Positions 10,012 to 18,874 of a stretch of 64,000 nt of DNA are shown in pieces (the first letter of the stretch is position 1; the number at the start of each line of letters is the position of its first letter). The notes beneath the pieces are model-generated. The model was not told the DNA's origin. It did not search any database and saw only the letters and a list, made by a program, of their open reading frames with translations. This DNA comes from a virus. The DNA lies in IMG/VR virus record IMGVR_UViG_3300003267_000132, positions 2,304-66,303 of that record; one strand, written 5' to 3'. Both the position numbers and the translations under genes were made by a program.

Positions 10012-10499
10012 CAGAGGCCGATCTGGATGGTGAGCAGCATCCCCGCGAACCCGCCTTCCGGTCCGACGGCAAGGCAGCGCCCGAGCGAGATGTTGGAGCA
10101 GCGCCCGAGAATCTGGTCGTTGCCGTGACCGAGCACGACGGCTTCGACCATGAGCCAGCCGTCGATCATCCGCTGGCGGGCTTCCTGGTCGAGGACGGTC
10201 GGGGTGGGTGGCGTCTTGACGTTCGGCCCGTCAGACACCGAGGCGCAGCGCAGGATCAGAGCGCCGATCTCAAGCGTCCGCACCGAGCCGCAGTTGAGTC
10301 GATTGGTGTTCTCCTGACCGGGACCACCCGAGAAGGCACCGATCATCCCGACGACGACTTCTTCGCACTCCCACACGATCTGCCCGGTGTGGACGTACCG
10401 GCGTTCGGGGAGAGTCACGCCCTGCGCGGTGAAGTGCGACTCGATGACCGACAGAACGTCGTGGCAGACGTCGTACAGGATGGGTGGGGCGTAACTCAC
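10011..10499 (-). CDS. Tail terminator-like protein
   Basis: Start moved to the GTG at 10499 (GTGA overlap). WECEE, ILRC and GPEGG motifs as in cluster-B-like actinophage neck proteins. Confidence 0.65.
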   Translation of the reverse strand: MSYAPPILYDVCHDVLSVIESHFTAQGVTLPERRYVHTGQIVWECEEVVVGMIGAFSGGPGQENTNRLNCGSVRTLEIGALILRCASVSDGPNVKTPPTPTVLDQEARQRMIDGWLMVEAVVLGHGNDQILGRCSNISLGRCLAVGPEGGFAGMLLTIQIGL

Positions 10500-11629
10500 A
10501 GGGCACCACCGTAGGCCCCGGTCACCACGGCTTCGCGGATCGCGACCGCCGCGCGCTGCGCCGCGCGCCCGTCGCGGGTCCATGGCGGGAACACCGAGTC
10601 GACCATGCGTTGGCGACCCAGCCGGTGCTCCGGGTAGTCGGCCAGCGCCGTCGAGATAGCGGCAGCCAGGTCGGCGGGGTCTTCGCAGTGGGGCACATCG
10701 ACCGTCCAGTCCCAGAAGCGCCCGCCATGGTGGACGTCGCGTCGGTACCACGGCGCGGACAGCCAGACAATGGGCTTGCCGGTTACCGCGAACTCGACCC
10801 CGGTGCTGCTGTTGTCGATGACGTAGCAGTCGGCCCGATCCATGACAGCTTCGAAGGACGGTTCGAACTCGATCCCGTTCATCTCCCACCAGCGTCGCAG
10901 CCGGTCACCCCATCGTGGGTGTGCGTGACCGAACAGCCGGAAGTGCTGCGCCAAGCCGGGCACGTGCCCCCGGAAGTGCTCCCATGCCGAGGTCGTCTCG
11001 TTGATGAGCCGGATATCGGCATGGAAGGACACGCAGACAAGGGGAGGGTCGAACCCTCGCGCAGAAGGTTTGGCGACGATCGACGGAGACGTCCGACCCT
11101 CCGTGGCGGACCCGGGGAGTCGAACCCGCGGTGTCTCCGGCTTATGAGGCCAGCGTGGAACCGTTTCACCCGTCCGCCTGTCGTCGACCTTAGTCCAGCG
11201 GTCAAGGCGTGGCGACCCGATGGTGATTGCCGGTGCGTCGGGGTAGCGGTCGCGCCAGCGGCGGGCGATCTGCTCGTTGGGGCACAGAAACAGGATGCAG
11301 TCTTCGTGTTCGACCGACCCTGCGTAGGACGGATGGGCGCAGCCCACCGGGTCGCCGTCGTAGGTCTGGCCTGCGCCGTGCTCGACGTAGATGAACGGGC
11401 GGCGGCACGCTCGCGAGTCCTGGAAACTGGCGACGACGATTGGCTGACCGTTGACGGTGGGGTGGCCATGGCGCACGTGTTCGGGGTCGACGCCGCGACT
11501 GGTCGCGTAGAGCATCAGGTCCTGCCGCACCCACCACGTTCCGCGTTCTTCGGGGTCGAGCGCGAACCAGATGTCGAACAAGTGGTCGGCGTACTGCGAC
11601 TCGCTGGCCGAGAAGTCAAGCGGCAGCAC
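10496..11629 (-). CDS. CDP-glycerol glycerophosphotransferase / GT-B family protein (TagF/TagB-like) with a ~45-aa insertion
   Basis: EHG, GSPRLD, HAHP and ADCYVIDNSSTGVEFAVTGKPIV motifs; start placed at GTG 11629. Confidence 0.75.
   Translation of the reverse strand: MLPLDFSASESQYADHLFDIWFALDPEERGTWWVRQDLMLYATSRGVDPEHVRHGHPTVNGQPIVVASFQDSRACRRPFIYVEHGAGQTYDGDPVGCAHPSYAGSVEHEDCILFLCPNEQIARRWRDRYPDAPAITIGSPRLDRWTKVDDRRTGETVPRWPHKPETPRVRLPGSATEGRTSPSIVAKPSARGFDPPLVCVSFHADIRLINETTSAWEHFRGHVPGLAQHFRLFGHAHPRWGDRLRRWWEMNGIEFEPSFEAVMDRADCYVIDNSSTGVEFAVTGKPIVWLSAPWYRRDVHHGGRFWDWTVDVPHCEDPADLAAAISTALADYPEHRLGRQRMVDSVFPPWTRDGRAAQRAAVAIREAVVTGAYGGAL
11104..11178 (-). tRNA. tRNA(CAT)-like cloverleaf nested in-frame inside the glycosyltransferase CDS (Met/Ile2-like, possibly pseudo-tRNA)
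   Basis: GGCGGAC GG GTGA AACGGTT CCAC G CTGGC CTCATAA GCCGG AGACA CCGCGGG TTCGACT CCCCGG GTCCGCC A. This gives a 7-bp acceptor stem, D-loop GG, 5-bp anticodon stem with CT-CAT-AA loop and GGTTCGACTCC T-arm. Non-canonical points: G at position 8, bulged T-stem, no encoded CCA. Confidence 0.7.
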
Positions 11630-14402
11630 GGGTGGCGAGCCGCGCGAAGAGTTCTTCGTAGTGCGGGATGAGCACGTCCCAGGAGATGCCCGCCGCAATC
11701 CTGTCGGCCTCGGCTGACAGCGATGCGACTTCGGCTGGTCGCGCCGCGAGTTCGTCCATCCGGCGCGCCAGGTCGCGCGGGGACACGTCATGCAGCGGGA
11801 TCGGACCGACGAGTGAGTTGAACTCGCGGCGCGACTGGCAAGGCAGGCGCATCCCCGGCGGGAGAATCTGGCGTTGCGGCTCGGCGTCGGGCATGAGCAC
11901 GACCAACCCCGACGACAGCGCCTCGTTCATGGGGAGGCTCTGCCCGCCATAGCGGCGGGGAAGCACCAGGACGTCGGTGTCGTCGTAGAGCTGCCAGTAG
12001 TCGGGCATGTCGCCAATGTGGACCTCCAGGTCGATGTGCGCTCCGTAGCGCATCGGTGCCCGGCACGGCTGCATGGATCGGACGACGACGTGCATCGGTT
12101 GGGAGACGAAGCCAAGTGCTTCCCACAGCACTCTGGTCCCGGCGCGGTCATGCGCGGCGGGGTGCCCGATGACGTGCAGGAAGGTCTTCGCCTCGGTCCG
12201 CTGCCGATAGGGCAGCCGCTGCCGGTCGACGCCATGCGGAAGCAGGACCGGGTCGGGCAGTCGCTCCATGTTCCACGTCGTCGGCACCGCCAGCACATCG
12301 GGGATCGGTGCCCAGTCCGGGGCGAGGATGTGATGGGTGAACTCGTAGTTCGCCACAAGAATCGTGTGAATTTTCATATCGGCGCACAGCCGAGTGAACC
12401 AGGGCAGGTAGAACGTCTCGCACCCGAGCACCACGTCGAGATCCGCGAGCCAGTTGCGGACGTCGACCTCAAAGATGCGGTCATGGCGCGCCACCGCCAG
12501 CGTGGCCGGGTTGTACTCCCGCCAGCTACAAGGGTACGGGGACAGATCCCCCATGTCGATCCCGAACACCTTGGCCGGTTGCAGGTGGCGCGCTAACTCC
12601 GACGTCTGCACCGCCAGCCCGCGTCGGTCGGCGCGTGCACCGAAGAGACCGACCCGGATGGCGCGCGATATTTCGCGCGGCGCGACGTAGGCGGCGGGCA
12701 CGTCGCGGTGGGGATTGGGGGCACCGAACGGGACCATCGGCGTGTCGTAGGCCCACCGCATCTCGTACTTGGACTCACCCTCGCGCCCGTCGAGATGCGT
12801 CGACCGCTTCATGTCGCCCGACGGCGCGTAGATCCAGGTGCGGAACCGCTCCCAGCCTTCGTAGCCGTACTCCTGCCAGTGAGTGACGAGCACCCCGTAC
12901 ATGGAGTCCTCGATCATCGTCCGCGCTTCTCGCCCGAAGAACCGGGTGAGCATGTCGCGGTAGAAGTCGGTTCGCGCCAGGTGTGGTCGCTGGCTCCACT
13001 GCACGGTGCGCAGTAACGGCGCTCCCGCGACGTCATGCGGCTCGGCGTCGAGAACGAGATGGCGATGCGGCTCCAGGATCGACGCTTCGTGATGGAGCCG
13101 GATCAGGTTGCAGGTGCCTTCCTGTAACCCGTCGAGCAGCGATTGCCACGGCAACTGCTCACCGAACAGCGGCGTGTCGTGTTCGACGAACAGGATGGCC
13201 GGGGTGCGCACCAGATCGAGCACCCGCCGGGTCATCTCGGCCTGATGCAGATGCTCGTCGTGCAGGACCGGCAGGACGTTGCGCCAGCGGTTGTTGGCCA
13301 GCCAGAGCAACCGCCGCGTGTACTCCGCGTAGTCGGCCCGCCGCCCTTCCTGTTCGGCGCGAACCCCGTCGACCATGACCAGGATCTCGGCGCGCGGCAG
13401 GCGTTCCCGCACCGACGCGACGGTCTGTTCAATGACCGAGGTGTCCGGGTGCGACGGAATCGGGGACGTCGGGATCAGAACGGTGATCCGGTCGTCGACA
13501 GTCGGTTCGCTGTCGTCGGTTTGTCGGACGCTCACCAGGTCGTCGCGCAGCGCGTATGCCAGTTCCCGCTTGTGGTGCTGCCACCACGCGAAGATGCGGT
13601 TGGCGTTGGCGGGCCACTCGCGGACGAGTTCGTCGATGGCCTGGTCGATGTCGGTCCATGACCGCAGGACAGGCAACGGATGCTCGTCACCGAACAAGGT
13701 CTGCCAGTACTCGGGCGACTCGACGATGGGGATGCACCCGGCTTCCAGAGCTTCGAAGAGCCGGAAGGTGTCCGGGGTCTGCGGCCCCGCGGGACAGGGA
13801 GCGACCTTCGCCGCGACCATGCCCGCCGCGTACTCCGCGATGTCGACCCCTTCCATGAACCCCGCGGTTTCGATGACGCGCCCGTCGCCACGCCTACGCC
13901 GTGAGAGCGCACCGGCAAGTTCCTGGCGGGACCGATGCGAGATCTGACCCGCGAAGAACCAGTTGAGCGGCTTGTCCAGGGGGTCCGCTGGCAGATGCTC
14001 GCGGTAGGACCACGCCCAACCGTCCCCCAGGGGCCTGTCTGTGCCCGTCACGCTGCCCGCGACCGGCGTCTGCACCCAGCGACGCATCTGCACGTTCGCC
14101 AGCTTGTGGCGGGGAAATACGCCCTCCTCGTCACCGGTCAGGATCACCAGCGCCCACCCCAACCGGTAGAGCCATGTCGCGATTCGGTCGGCGTCTTGGA
14201 CATGCCAGCGCGCCGGGATGACGACGACCGCACCGGGAGCGTCCGCGGGGAGCGCGTCAAAGCCACCTTCGTGGTGGCGGAAGGTCGGGTGTCCCGGCGC
14301 GCGCCAGAGGGTGCCCGCCATGAGTTCTTCCAGCAGACACTGATCGGCATACCCGCGGGCACGGATGTCGTCGTGCAGCGAGAGCCAGAGGACGTCGATC
14401 AT
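11616..14402 (-). CDS. Multi-domain glycosyltransferase (exostosin/GT47-like + GT-A-like + GT4-like)
   Basis: WFFAGQ...PCPAG...DTFRLFEALEAGCIPIV; ITVLIPTSPIPSHP...FVEHD; DVLVLPRRYGGQSLPMNEALSSG. Start at ATG 14402 (ATGA overlap). Confidence 0.85.
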   Translation of the reverse strand: MIDVLWLSLHDDIRARGYADQCLLEELMAGTLWRAPGHPTFRHHEGGFDALPADAPGAVVVIPARWHVQDADRIATWLYRLGWALVILTGDEEGVFPRHKLANVQMRRWVQTPVAGSVTGTDRPLGDGWAWSYREHLPADPLDKPLNWFFAGQISHRSRQELAGALSRRRRGDGRVIETAGFMEGVDIAEYAAGMVAAKVAPCPAGPQTPDTFRLFEALEAGCIPIVESPEYWQTLFGDEHPLPVLRSWTDIDQAIDELVREWPANANRIFAWWQHHKRELAYALRDDLVSVRQTDDSEPTVDDRITVLIPTSPIPSHPDTSVIEQTVASVRERLPRAEILVMVDGVRAEQEGRRADYAEYTRRLLWLANNRWRNVLPVLHDEHLHQAEMTRRVLDLVRTPAILFVEHDTPLFGEQLPWQSLLDGLQEGTCNLIRLHHEASILEPHRHLVLDAEPHDVAGAPLLRTVQWSQRPHLARTDFYRDMLTRFFGREARTMIEDSMYGVLVTHWQEYGYEGWERFRTWIYAPSGDMKRSTHLDGREGESKYEMRWAYDTPMVPFGAPNPHRDVPAAYVAPREISRAIRVGLFGARADRRGLAVQTSELARHLQPAKVFGIDMGDLSPYPCSWREYNPATLAVARHDRIFEVDVRNWLADLDVVLGCETFYLPWFTRLCADMKIHTILVANYEFTHHILAPDWAPIPDVLAVPTTWNMERLPDPVLLPHGVDRQRLPYRQRTEAKTFLHVIGHPAAHDRAGTRVLWEALGFVSQPMHVVVRSMQPCRAPMRYGAHIDLEVHIGDMPDYWQLYDDTDVLVLPRRYGGQSLPMNEALSSGLVVLMPDAEPQRQILPPGMRLPCQSRREFNSLVGPIPLHDVSPRDLARRMDELAARPAEVASLSAEADRIAAGISWDVLIPHYEELFARLATRAAA

Positions 14403-15025
14403 GGTCGGACCCTTCCGACGGTCCAGAGCCAGTCGGGGAAGATCTTGCCGCGCTCCTGGGTCACGTCGACCAGTCCCGCCAGGCGGAACCACTCGGCCAC
14501 GACCGCGGGGGGTACATGCCCTTCATCTTCGAACTCCCGGTCGTAGACCGTCTGGATGACCAACGAGCCGCCTGGCCGCAGGTAGTGGGCGACGTTGGCG
14601 ATGATGGCGAGCGCGGTCGGGCGCAGGACGTGCTGGAGGACAGCCACCGAGTACGCGGCTTCCAGGGCGAAGACCGGGAGCGGTCCTTGCGCGGGGCTGC
14701 ACACGAAGTGGACTCGGTCGGTCAGTCGCCGCCGGTACGACTCCTGATGGGCGTACTCCAACAGCCGCACCGAGAAGTCGATGCCATAGACCTCGGCACC
14801 GGGGAACGCTTCCGCGATGGGAAGGGTCAGCCTGCCGATGCCGCAGCCGACTTCCATGACGGACCGGACATCGAAGGGCAGCAACTGGCGCAGCAGGTCG
14901 ACGCACTTGGTCGTCGTGGCGTCGTAGTCGTCGGGGTCGACCGACCAGACCGCGAACCGCGCTTCCGCCAGCGAGTCGGCCTGCCGGTCCCAATATGCCG
15001 GGGATGACTCCTGCTGCAAGCTCAC
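14399..15025 (-). CDS. Class I SAM-dependent methyltransferase
   Basis: VMEVGCGIGRL, YGIDFS, VLQHV and LRPGG motifs; start at GTG 15025. Confidence 0.88.
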   Translation of the reverse strand: MSLQQESSPAYWDRQADSLAEARFAVWSVDPDDYDATTTKCVDLLRQLLPFDVRSVMEVGCGIGRLTLPIAEAFPGAEVYGIDFSVRLLEYAHQESYRRRLTDRVHFVCSPAQGPLPVFALEAAYSVAVLQHVLRPTALAIIANVAHYLRPGGSLVIQTVYDREFEDEGHVPPAVVAEWFRLAGLVDVTQERGKIFPDWLWTVGRVRP

Positions 15026-15780
15026 TTCGGCTTCCGACCCAACTGGTGCCAGAACACCCAGTGCTCTTCGTGGTCGACGGCCAGGCACATGCCGACGTAG
15101 CCGACATCGGCCATGAAGTGCAGGAGGTCGGTCGGGGTGTCGCCGTACAACTCGTCCATGAATTCGGGGTGCATCGACAGGTAGACGAGTGGCTTCATGC
15201 CGTGTAGGAGGACCCGCGCCCCGCGCAGCACCCGCAACTCCGACCCCTCGACGTCCATGGTGATCACGTCGGGGATGATGTTGGTCTGGCGCACGAAGTC
15301 GGTCAGGGTGATCTGCGGGGTCACGTCGGTTTCTTGCGCCAGGTGCCGGAAACCATGGTCCCCGATTACCGGTAATTCGGTCGCGCACCGGGGCCACCCC
15401 GACTCGGGATCGTGGGCGAGCAACAACAATCCGGCGTCGTCGAGCAACGCCGCATCACTCGTCGCGTCGGATGCGAACCCGACCCAGGTCGCCAGCGGGT
15501 GCCGCAAGTTGTTGGCGTCCCAGATGGCCTTGATGTTCGGCCAGACCTTGGGGTTGGGTTCGAACAGGCACACCCCCCCGTTCGGCCAAACCCACGACGC
15601 GATGAGCGCCGAAATGTCGCCTTCCTCGGCCCCGATGTCGTACACGATGTCGCCGCGCCGAATGTTGGCGTTCATCGAGTCGAGCCGTTCGACTTCCCAT
15701 CCCGTCTGCCACTCCGGCCGCGCCGCCCGGTGCTCCGGGAGCATGAGGTTCCAGCGCCCGTTGATCTTCGTGTCGATCAT
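15022..15780 (-). CDS. FkbM-family methyltransferase
   Basis: VYDIGAEEG, FEPNP and MDVEGSELRVLRGA motifs. Confidence 0.88.
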   Translation of the reverse strand: MIDTKINGRWNLMLPEHRAARPEWQTGWEVERLDSMNANIRRGDIVYDIGAEEGDISALIASWVWPNGGVCLFEPNPKVWPNIKAIWDANNLRHPLATWVGFASDATSDAALLDDAGLLLLAHDPESGWPRCATELPVIGDHGFRHLAQETDVTPQITLTDFVRQTNIIPDVITMDVEGSELRVLRGARVLLHGMKPLVYLSMHPEFMDELYGDTPTDLLHFMADVGYVGMCLAVDHEEHWVFWHQLGRKPK

Positions 15781-16091
15781 TGCATCGGGTACCGCTCGCA
15801 CTGCCAGTCAATCCAGGGCTTGTCTTCCTGGAGTTGCGCGCAGAGGCCCTTGTAGTACTCATCTTCGAACGGTCGCTGGATCGGTGGCTCAACGATTGGC
15901 GGCACATCGACCACAGGTGCAACGGTGGGTGGCGCGATGACTGGGGGAGGGGTGATTACCGGTGGTTCGACGGTCGCGGGAATGGCTTGAGGAATGATTG
16001 CCGGGGGTTCTGCTGTCTTCGCCGACCCCGCGGGTGCGGCTGGCATGACGATGGACGCCAGCGCGACGGTCACCGCTACGACGTACTTCAT
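15777..16091 (-). CDS. Secreted Pro-rich hypothetical protein
   Basis: Signal-peptide-like N-terminus, PP-rich linker, overlaps both neighbours. Confidence 0.6.
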   Translation of the reverse strand: MKYVVAVTVALASIVMPAAPAGSAKTAEPPAIIPQAIPATVEPPVITPPPVIAPPTVAPVVDVPPIVEPPIQRPFEDEYYKGLCAQLQEDKPWIDWQCERYPMQ

Positions 16092-16435
16092 CGTGGACCT
16101 CCTGCGTAGTGGACGGCGTGACCGTCCGCGACCATCTGCTCATTGACGTTCATGCCGTCGTCCCGGATCAGCACCGCCAGATAGCGACCGTACTTCTCGC
16201 GGTGGTCCTTGATGGTCCGCACGGTAACGACCCGCTCGACCAGGTGGTTGGCGGGCGAGAGTAGTTGCACCAGATGCGACGTCGCGGCGTCACCTGCGGC
16301 CGTGCCGTGCTCAGGGGCATTGATGCCGTGCAGCCGAAGCGTCACGTCGATTCGCACGTCGAGTCCCAGGTCCAGCCGGGCATGGATCGTGTCACCGTCG
16401 ACCACCCGCGTCACCTCACCCCGATACTCGTACAT
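16088..16435 (-). CDS. Thermonuclease (SNase-like) family nuclease
   Basis: MYEY...RVVDGDTI...RLHGINAPE...KYGRYLA...VNEQMVADGHA; start at 16435. Confidence 0.9.
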   Translation of the reverse strand: MYEYRGEVTRVVDGDTIHARLDLGLDVRIDVTLRLHGINAPEHGTAAGDAATSHLVQLLSPANHLVERVVTVRTIKDHREKYGRYLAVLIRDDGMNVNEQMVADGHAVHYAGGPR

Positions 16436-17406
16436 CAGATCATCCCCTCCGACCGCAGCAGGTGTTCCAGTTGCTGCATCCGCACTTCGTAGGTGTGGTG
16501 CTCCAGGACGTGGGCACGACCAGCGCGGCGGACCTCTTCTCGTTCGTCGGCATTGGCCAGGTAGTAGGCGATCGTCGCGTCGAGTTCGTCCCACTGCCCC
16601 AAGAGCCACAGCGCCAGGTGCTTGCCGTCGGTGAAATGCTCGTCAATCCCGTCGACCCAGGGATGGACCAGGAATCCGCCCCGCCCGAGGGTTTCGGGGA
16701 TGCGGTCGGACCAGTAGCGGGCCAGCGGTCCATCGCCGCGGGGGATCAGGCAGGAGTCTCCGACGACGACCTTGGTCGACGCGTAGACGGCGTTGAGCAG
16801 CGCGCCGCGGACGGGCTGGTTGGGGTGCGCTGGCCAGAACCGCGCGTTCCATCGGGTGCGCAGATGTTCGACGAGTCGGGGTCGATGGGTCCACTCCGGG
16901 TGGTAGCCGCCCCGCCATGATCCGACAAACGCCACGTCGGCAGCCAGCGCGGCGCGCGGCTCCTGCGGTCGGCAGTCGAACCCGGCGACGGCTGGTGGGA
17001 ACCAGCGGTGATTGATCCCCACCCTGCGCCACTCGTCGTCGTGCCCGCCATCCGCAGTACACAGCAGGTTGACGCGGAAGAACGGCTCGACCGAAATCTG
17101 GTCTTGGCGGTCCAGCCCCCACCATCGATCCAGGTGATAGCCGACGGTCGGCACGCTGTGGTCCCGCAGGACCTCGATCATCTGATGACGCTCGTCCAGC
17201 GTCCCCCCGGAAACGGCAAGGCCGTACGTTTGCGTCCACAGCAGGAAGTCGGCGTTGACCGCCATGACCGCGGACGGCACGTCGACGGCGCGGATCTCCC
17301 CTTCCTGCAAGCGGATGACGTCGTGGCCGAGCGTTTCCAGAGCTTCGGCGATGTGGCTCTCGGTCGAGAACGTCGGGCGGTGGTTGCCCAGGTAGGCGAC
17401 TATCAC
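16435..17406 (-). CDS. Glycosyltransferase (CgeB-like, GT-B)
   Basis: DVAFVGS, YASTKVVVGD and YWSDRIPETLGRGG motifs, HVLEHHTY end; start at GTG 17406. Confidence 0.82.
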   Translation of the reverse strand: MIVAYLGNHRPTFSTESHIAEALETLGHDVIRLQEGEIRAVDVPSAVMAVNADFLLWTQTYGLAVSGGTLDERHQMIEVLRDHSVPTVGYHLDRWWGLDRQDQISVEPFFRVNLLCTADGGHDDEWRRVGINHRWFPPAVAGFDCRPQEPRAALAADVAFVGSWRGGYHPEWTHRPRLVEHLRTRWNARFWPAHPNQPVRGALLNAVYASTKVVVGDSCLIPRGDGPLARYWSDRIPETLGRGGFLVHPWVDGIDEHFTDGKHLALWLLGQWDELDATIAYYLANADEREEVRRAGRAHVLEHHTYEVRMQQLEHLLRSEGMI

Positions 17407-17471
17407 GCCGGGCAGACTAACCGGCCTGAGGTCCGCGCAGGGGGACAATGCTGGCGGTACCGTTCGCGGTC

Positions 17472-17780
17472 ATGGCAGCCACTCGCGTCAAGCACGGCAC
17501 ACTCGTCGCGAACCAGATCGACACGGTGTCGTTCGACTTCCGGTACCGCACGGTCGAAGTCGTCAACCTCGACAGCAGCGCCCGCATCTACTTCACGACC
17601 GACGGGTCGGCACCAAGCGTGGCCGGGGATGACGTCGATGTCGTCCCCCCGTCATCGGCCCTGCGTGTCGTGGTCGGACGACAGTCCGGTGGCCCAGCGA
17701 CGCAGGGAACGACGGTGAAGTTGGTCTCGACCGGCACCCCTGCATACAGCGTCAGCGGTGACGACGAGTCGTCGGAATGA
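17472..17780 (+). CDS. Small beta-rich hypothetical protein (possible virion decoration)
   Basis: Coherent coding frame; TACCGT box 8 nt upstream of the ATG; ATGA overlap with the next gene. Confidence 0.65.
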   Translation: MAATRVKHGTLVANQIDTVSFDFRYRTVEVVNLDSSARIYFTTDGSAPSVAGDDVDVVPPSSALRVVVGRQSGGPATQGTTVKLVSTGTPAYSVSGDDESSE

Positions 17781-18532
17781 CACCCGAGCGCAGGTTCCTG
17801 GGTGGCGGTGGCGGTGCCGCTGGCGCGCTCGTCCCGGCACTGTCGAGCTACGCCTACCGCGGCATCGTCGGAACCTTCGCGGTGTCCGCCAGCGAGCAGA
17901 CGATCTACACCGTGCCCAGCGGCAAGAAGGCGCTTCTGTTTCGACTCCAGTACTTCTACTCGTCGGGCACGCCGTCACCGCTTGTTTATCTGGTGCCCAG
18001 CGGCCAGTCAGCCAACGATCCGAACAACAAGGCGTCGACGCCGTCACTTAGTGCTGGCCCGTCCAACCCGTCGGCGGACCTGTACTCGGTCCTGTCGGCG
18101 GGCGACACCGTGCAGGTCAACACGCAGAGCTTCAACGCCAGCAGCCTGAACTACGCACTCAACGTCATCGAGTTCCCGTCCAGTGAGCCGATGTTCGGCG
18201 TGTTTCGTTCCCAGCTTGCATCCGGTGCCGACAACACCGTCTACACCGTTCCGACCGGCAAGAGCGCCCTCGTCGCCCCGATCATCGAGCCGGTCCTGCG
18301 TGCCGGGTGGGTCTACAACAACGCGGTGTCTTCGCAGGCGCTCCGCTGGAAGGTGACACCCAGCGGCGGGTCACTCACTCAGATCCGCAGCGACACCTAC
18401 GGATCGAAGGCGACCGGCTCGCCTCTCAACGTGTCATTCCCGGCTGGTCTCACTTTGGGGGCTGGTGACGCGCTGGTCGTAAATCCGAACGGCAGCGGGT
18501 TCAACGTCTGGCTCGTCGGCTTGGAGCACTGA
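17777..18532 (+). CDS. Two-domain beta-sandwich protein, paralogous to the C-terminal part of 29854..30825
   Basis: Repeated IYTVPSGKKALL / VYTVPTGKSALV and VLSAGD / TLGAGD. Confidence 0.75.
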   Translation: MTPERRFLGGGGGAAGALVPALSSYAYRGIVGTFAVSASEQTIYTVPSGKKALLFRLQYFYSSGTPSPLVYLVPSGQSANDPNNKASTPSLSAGPSNPSADLYSVLSAGDTVQVNTQSFNASSLNYALNVIEFPSSEPMFGVFRSQLASGADNTVYTVPTGKSALVAPIIEPVLRAGWVYNNAVSSQALRWKVTPSGGSLTQIRSDTYGSKATGSPLNVSFPAGLTLGAGDALVVNPNGSGFNVWLVGLEH

Positions 18533-18709
18533 TACGTCCCACTGCCGGTGCGGGCACGGCTGGCGGTCGCACGCTGGACGGTGGTGCTGGCGGTGCGGTG
18601 ATGAATGCCTGCCACCCGATCAGGACTTCGACTCCGAAGAAGGTGACCCGCCACCGCCAGTTCCGAAGGATGGTCAGGTGTGGCGCGGACGCAGGAAGAC
18701 AACCCCCCG

Positions 18710-18874
18710 CTACGAGTCGGGTGACCACTCGTCGAACATCTGACAGGGGCATCCCGGCGACTTGCATGGCACCCGGTCCCAGTGACCCCGCTCGTAGTTC
18801 CAGACCAGGTGCGCCGACCGCCTATGCCAGCAGGCTTGGCACAGTTCCCAGGGGTGGACGTTGCGGTCAGTCAC
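18710..18874 (-). CDS. 54-aa Cys/His-rich (zinc-finger-like) protein
   Basis: Hand translation MTDRNVHPWELCQACWHRRSAH...CKSPGCPCQMF; the start overlaps the end of the adaptor gene. Confidence 0.55.
   Translation of the reverse strand: MTDRNVHPWELCQACWHRRSAHLVWNYERGHWDRVPCKSPGCPCQMFDEWSPDS

Noticed and set aside
17407-18700. Invertible (shufflon-like) segment
   Set aside because: No flanking inverted repeats or recombinase were seen; kept only as an opposite-strand cassette.
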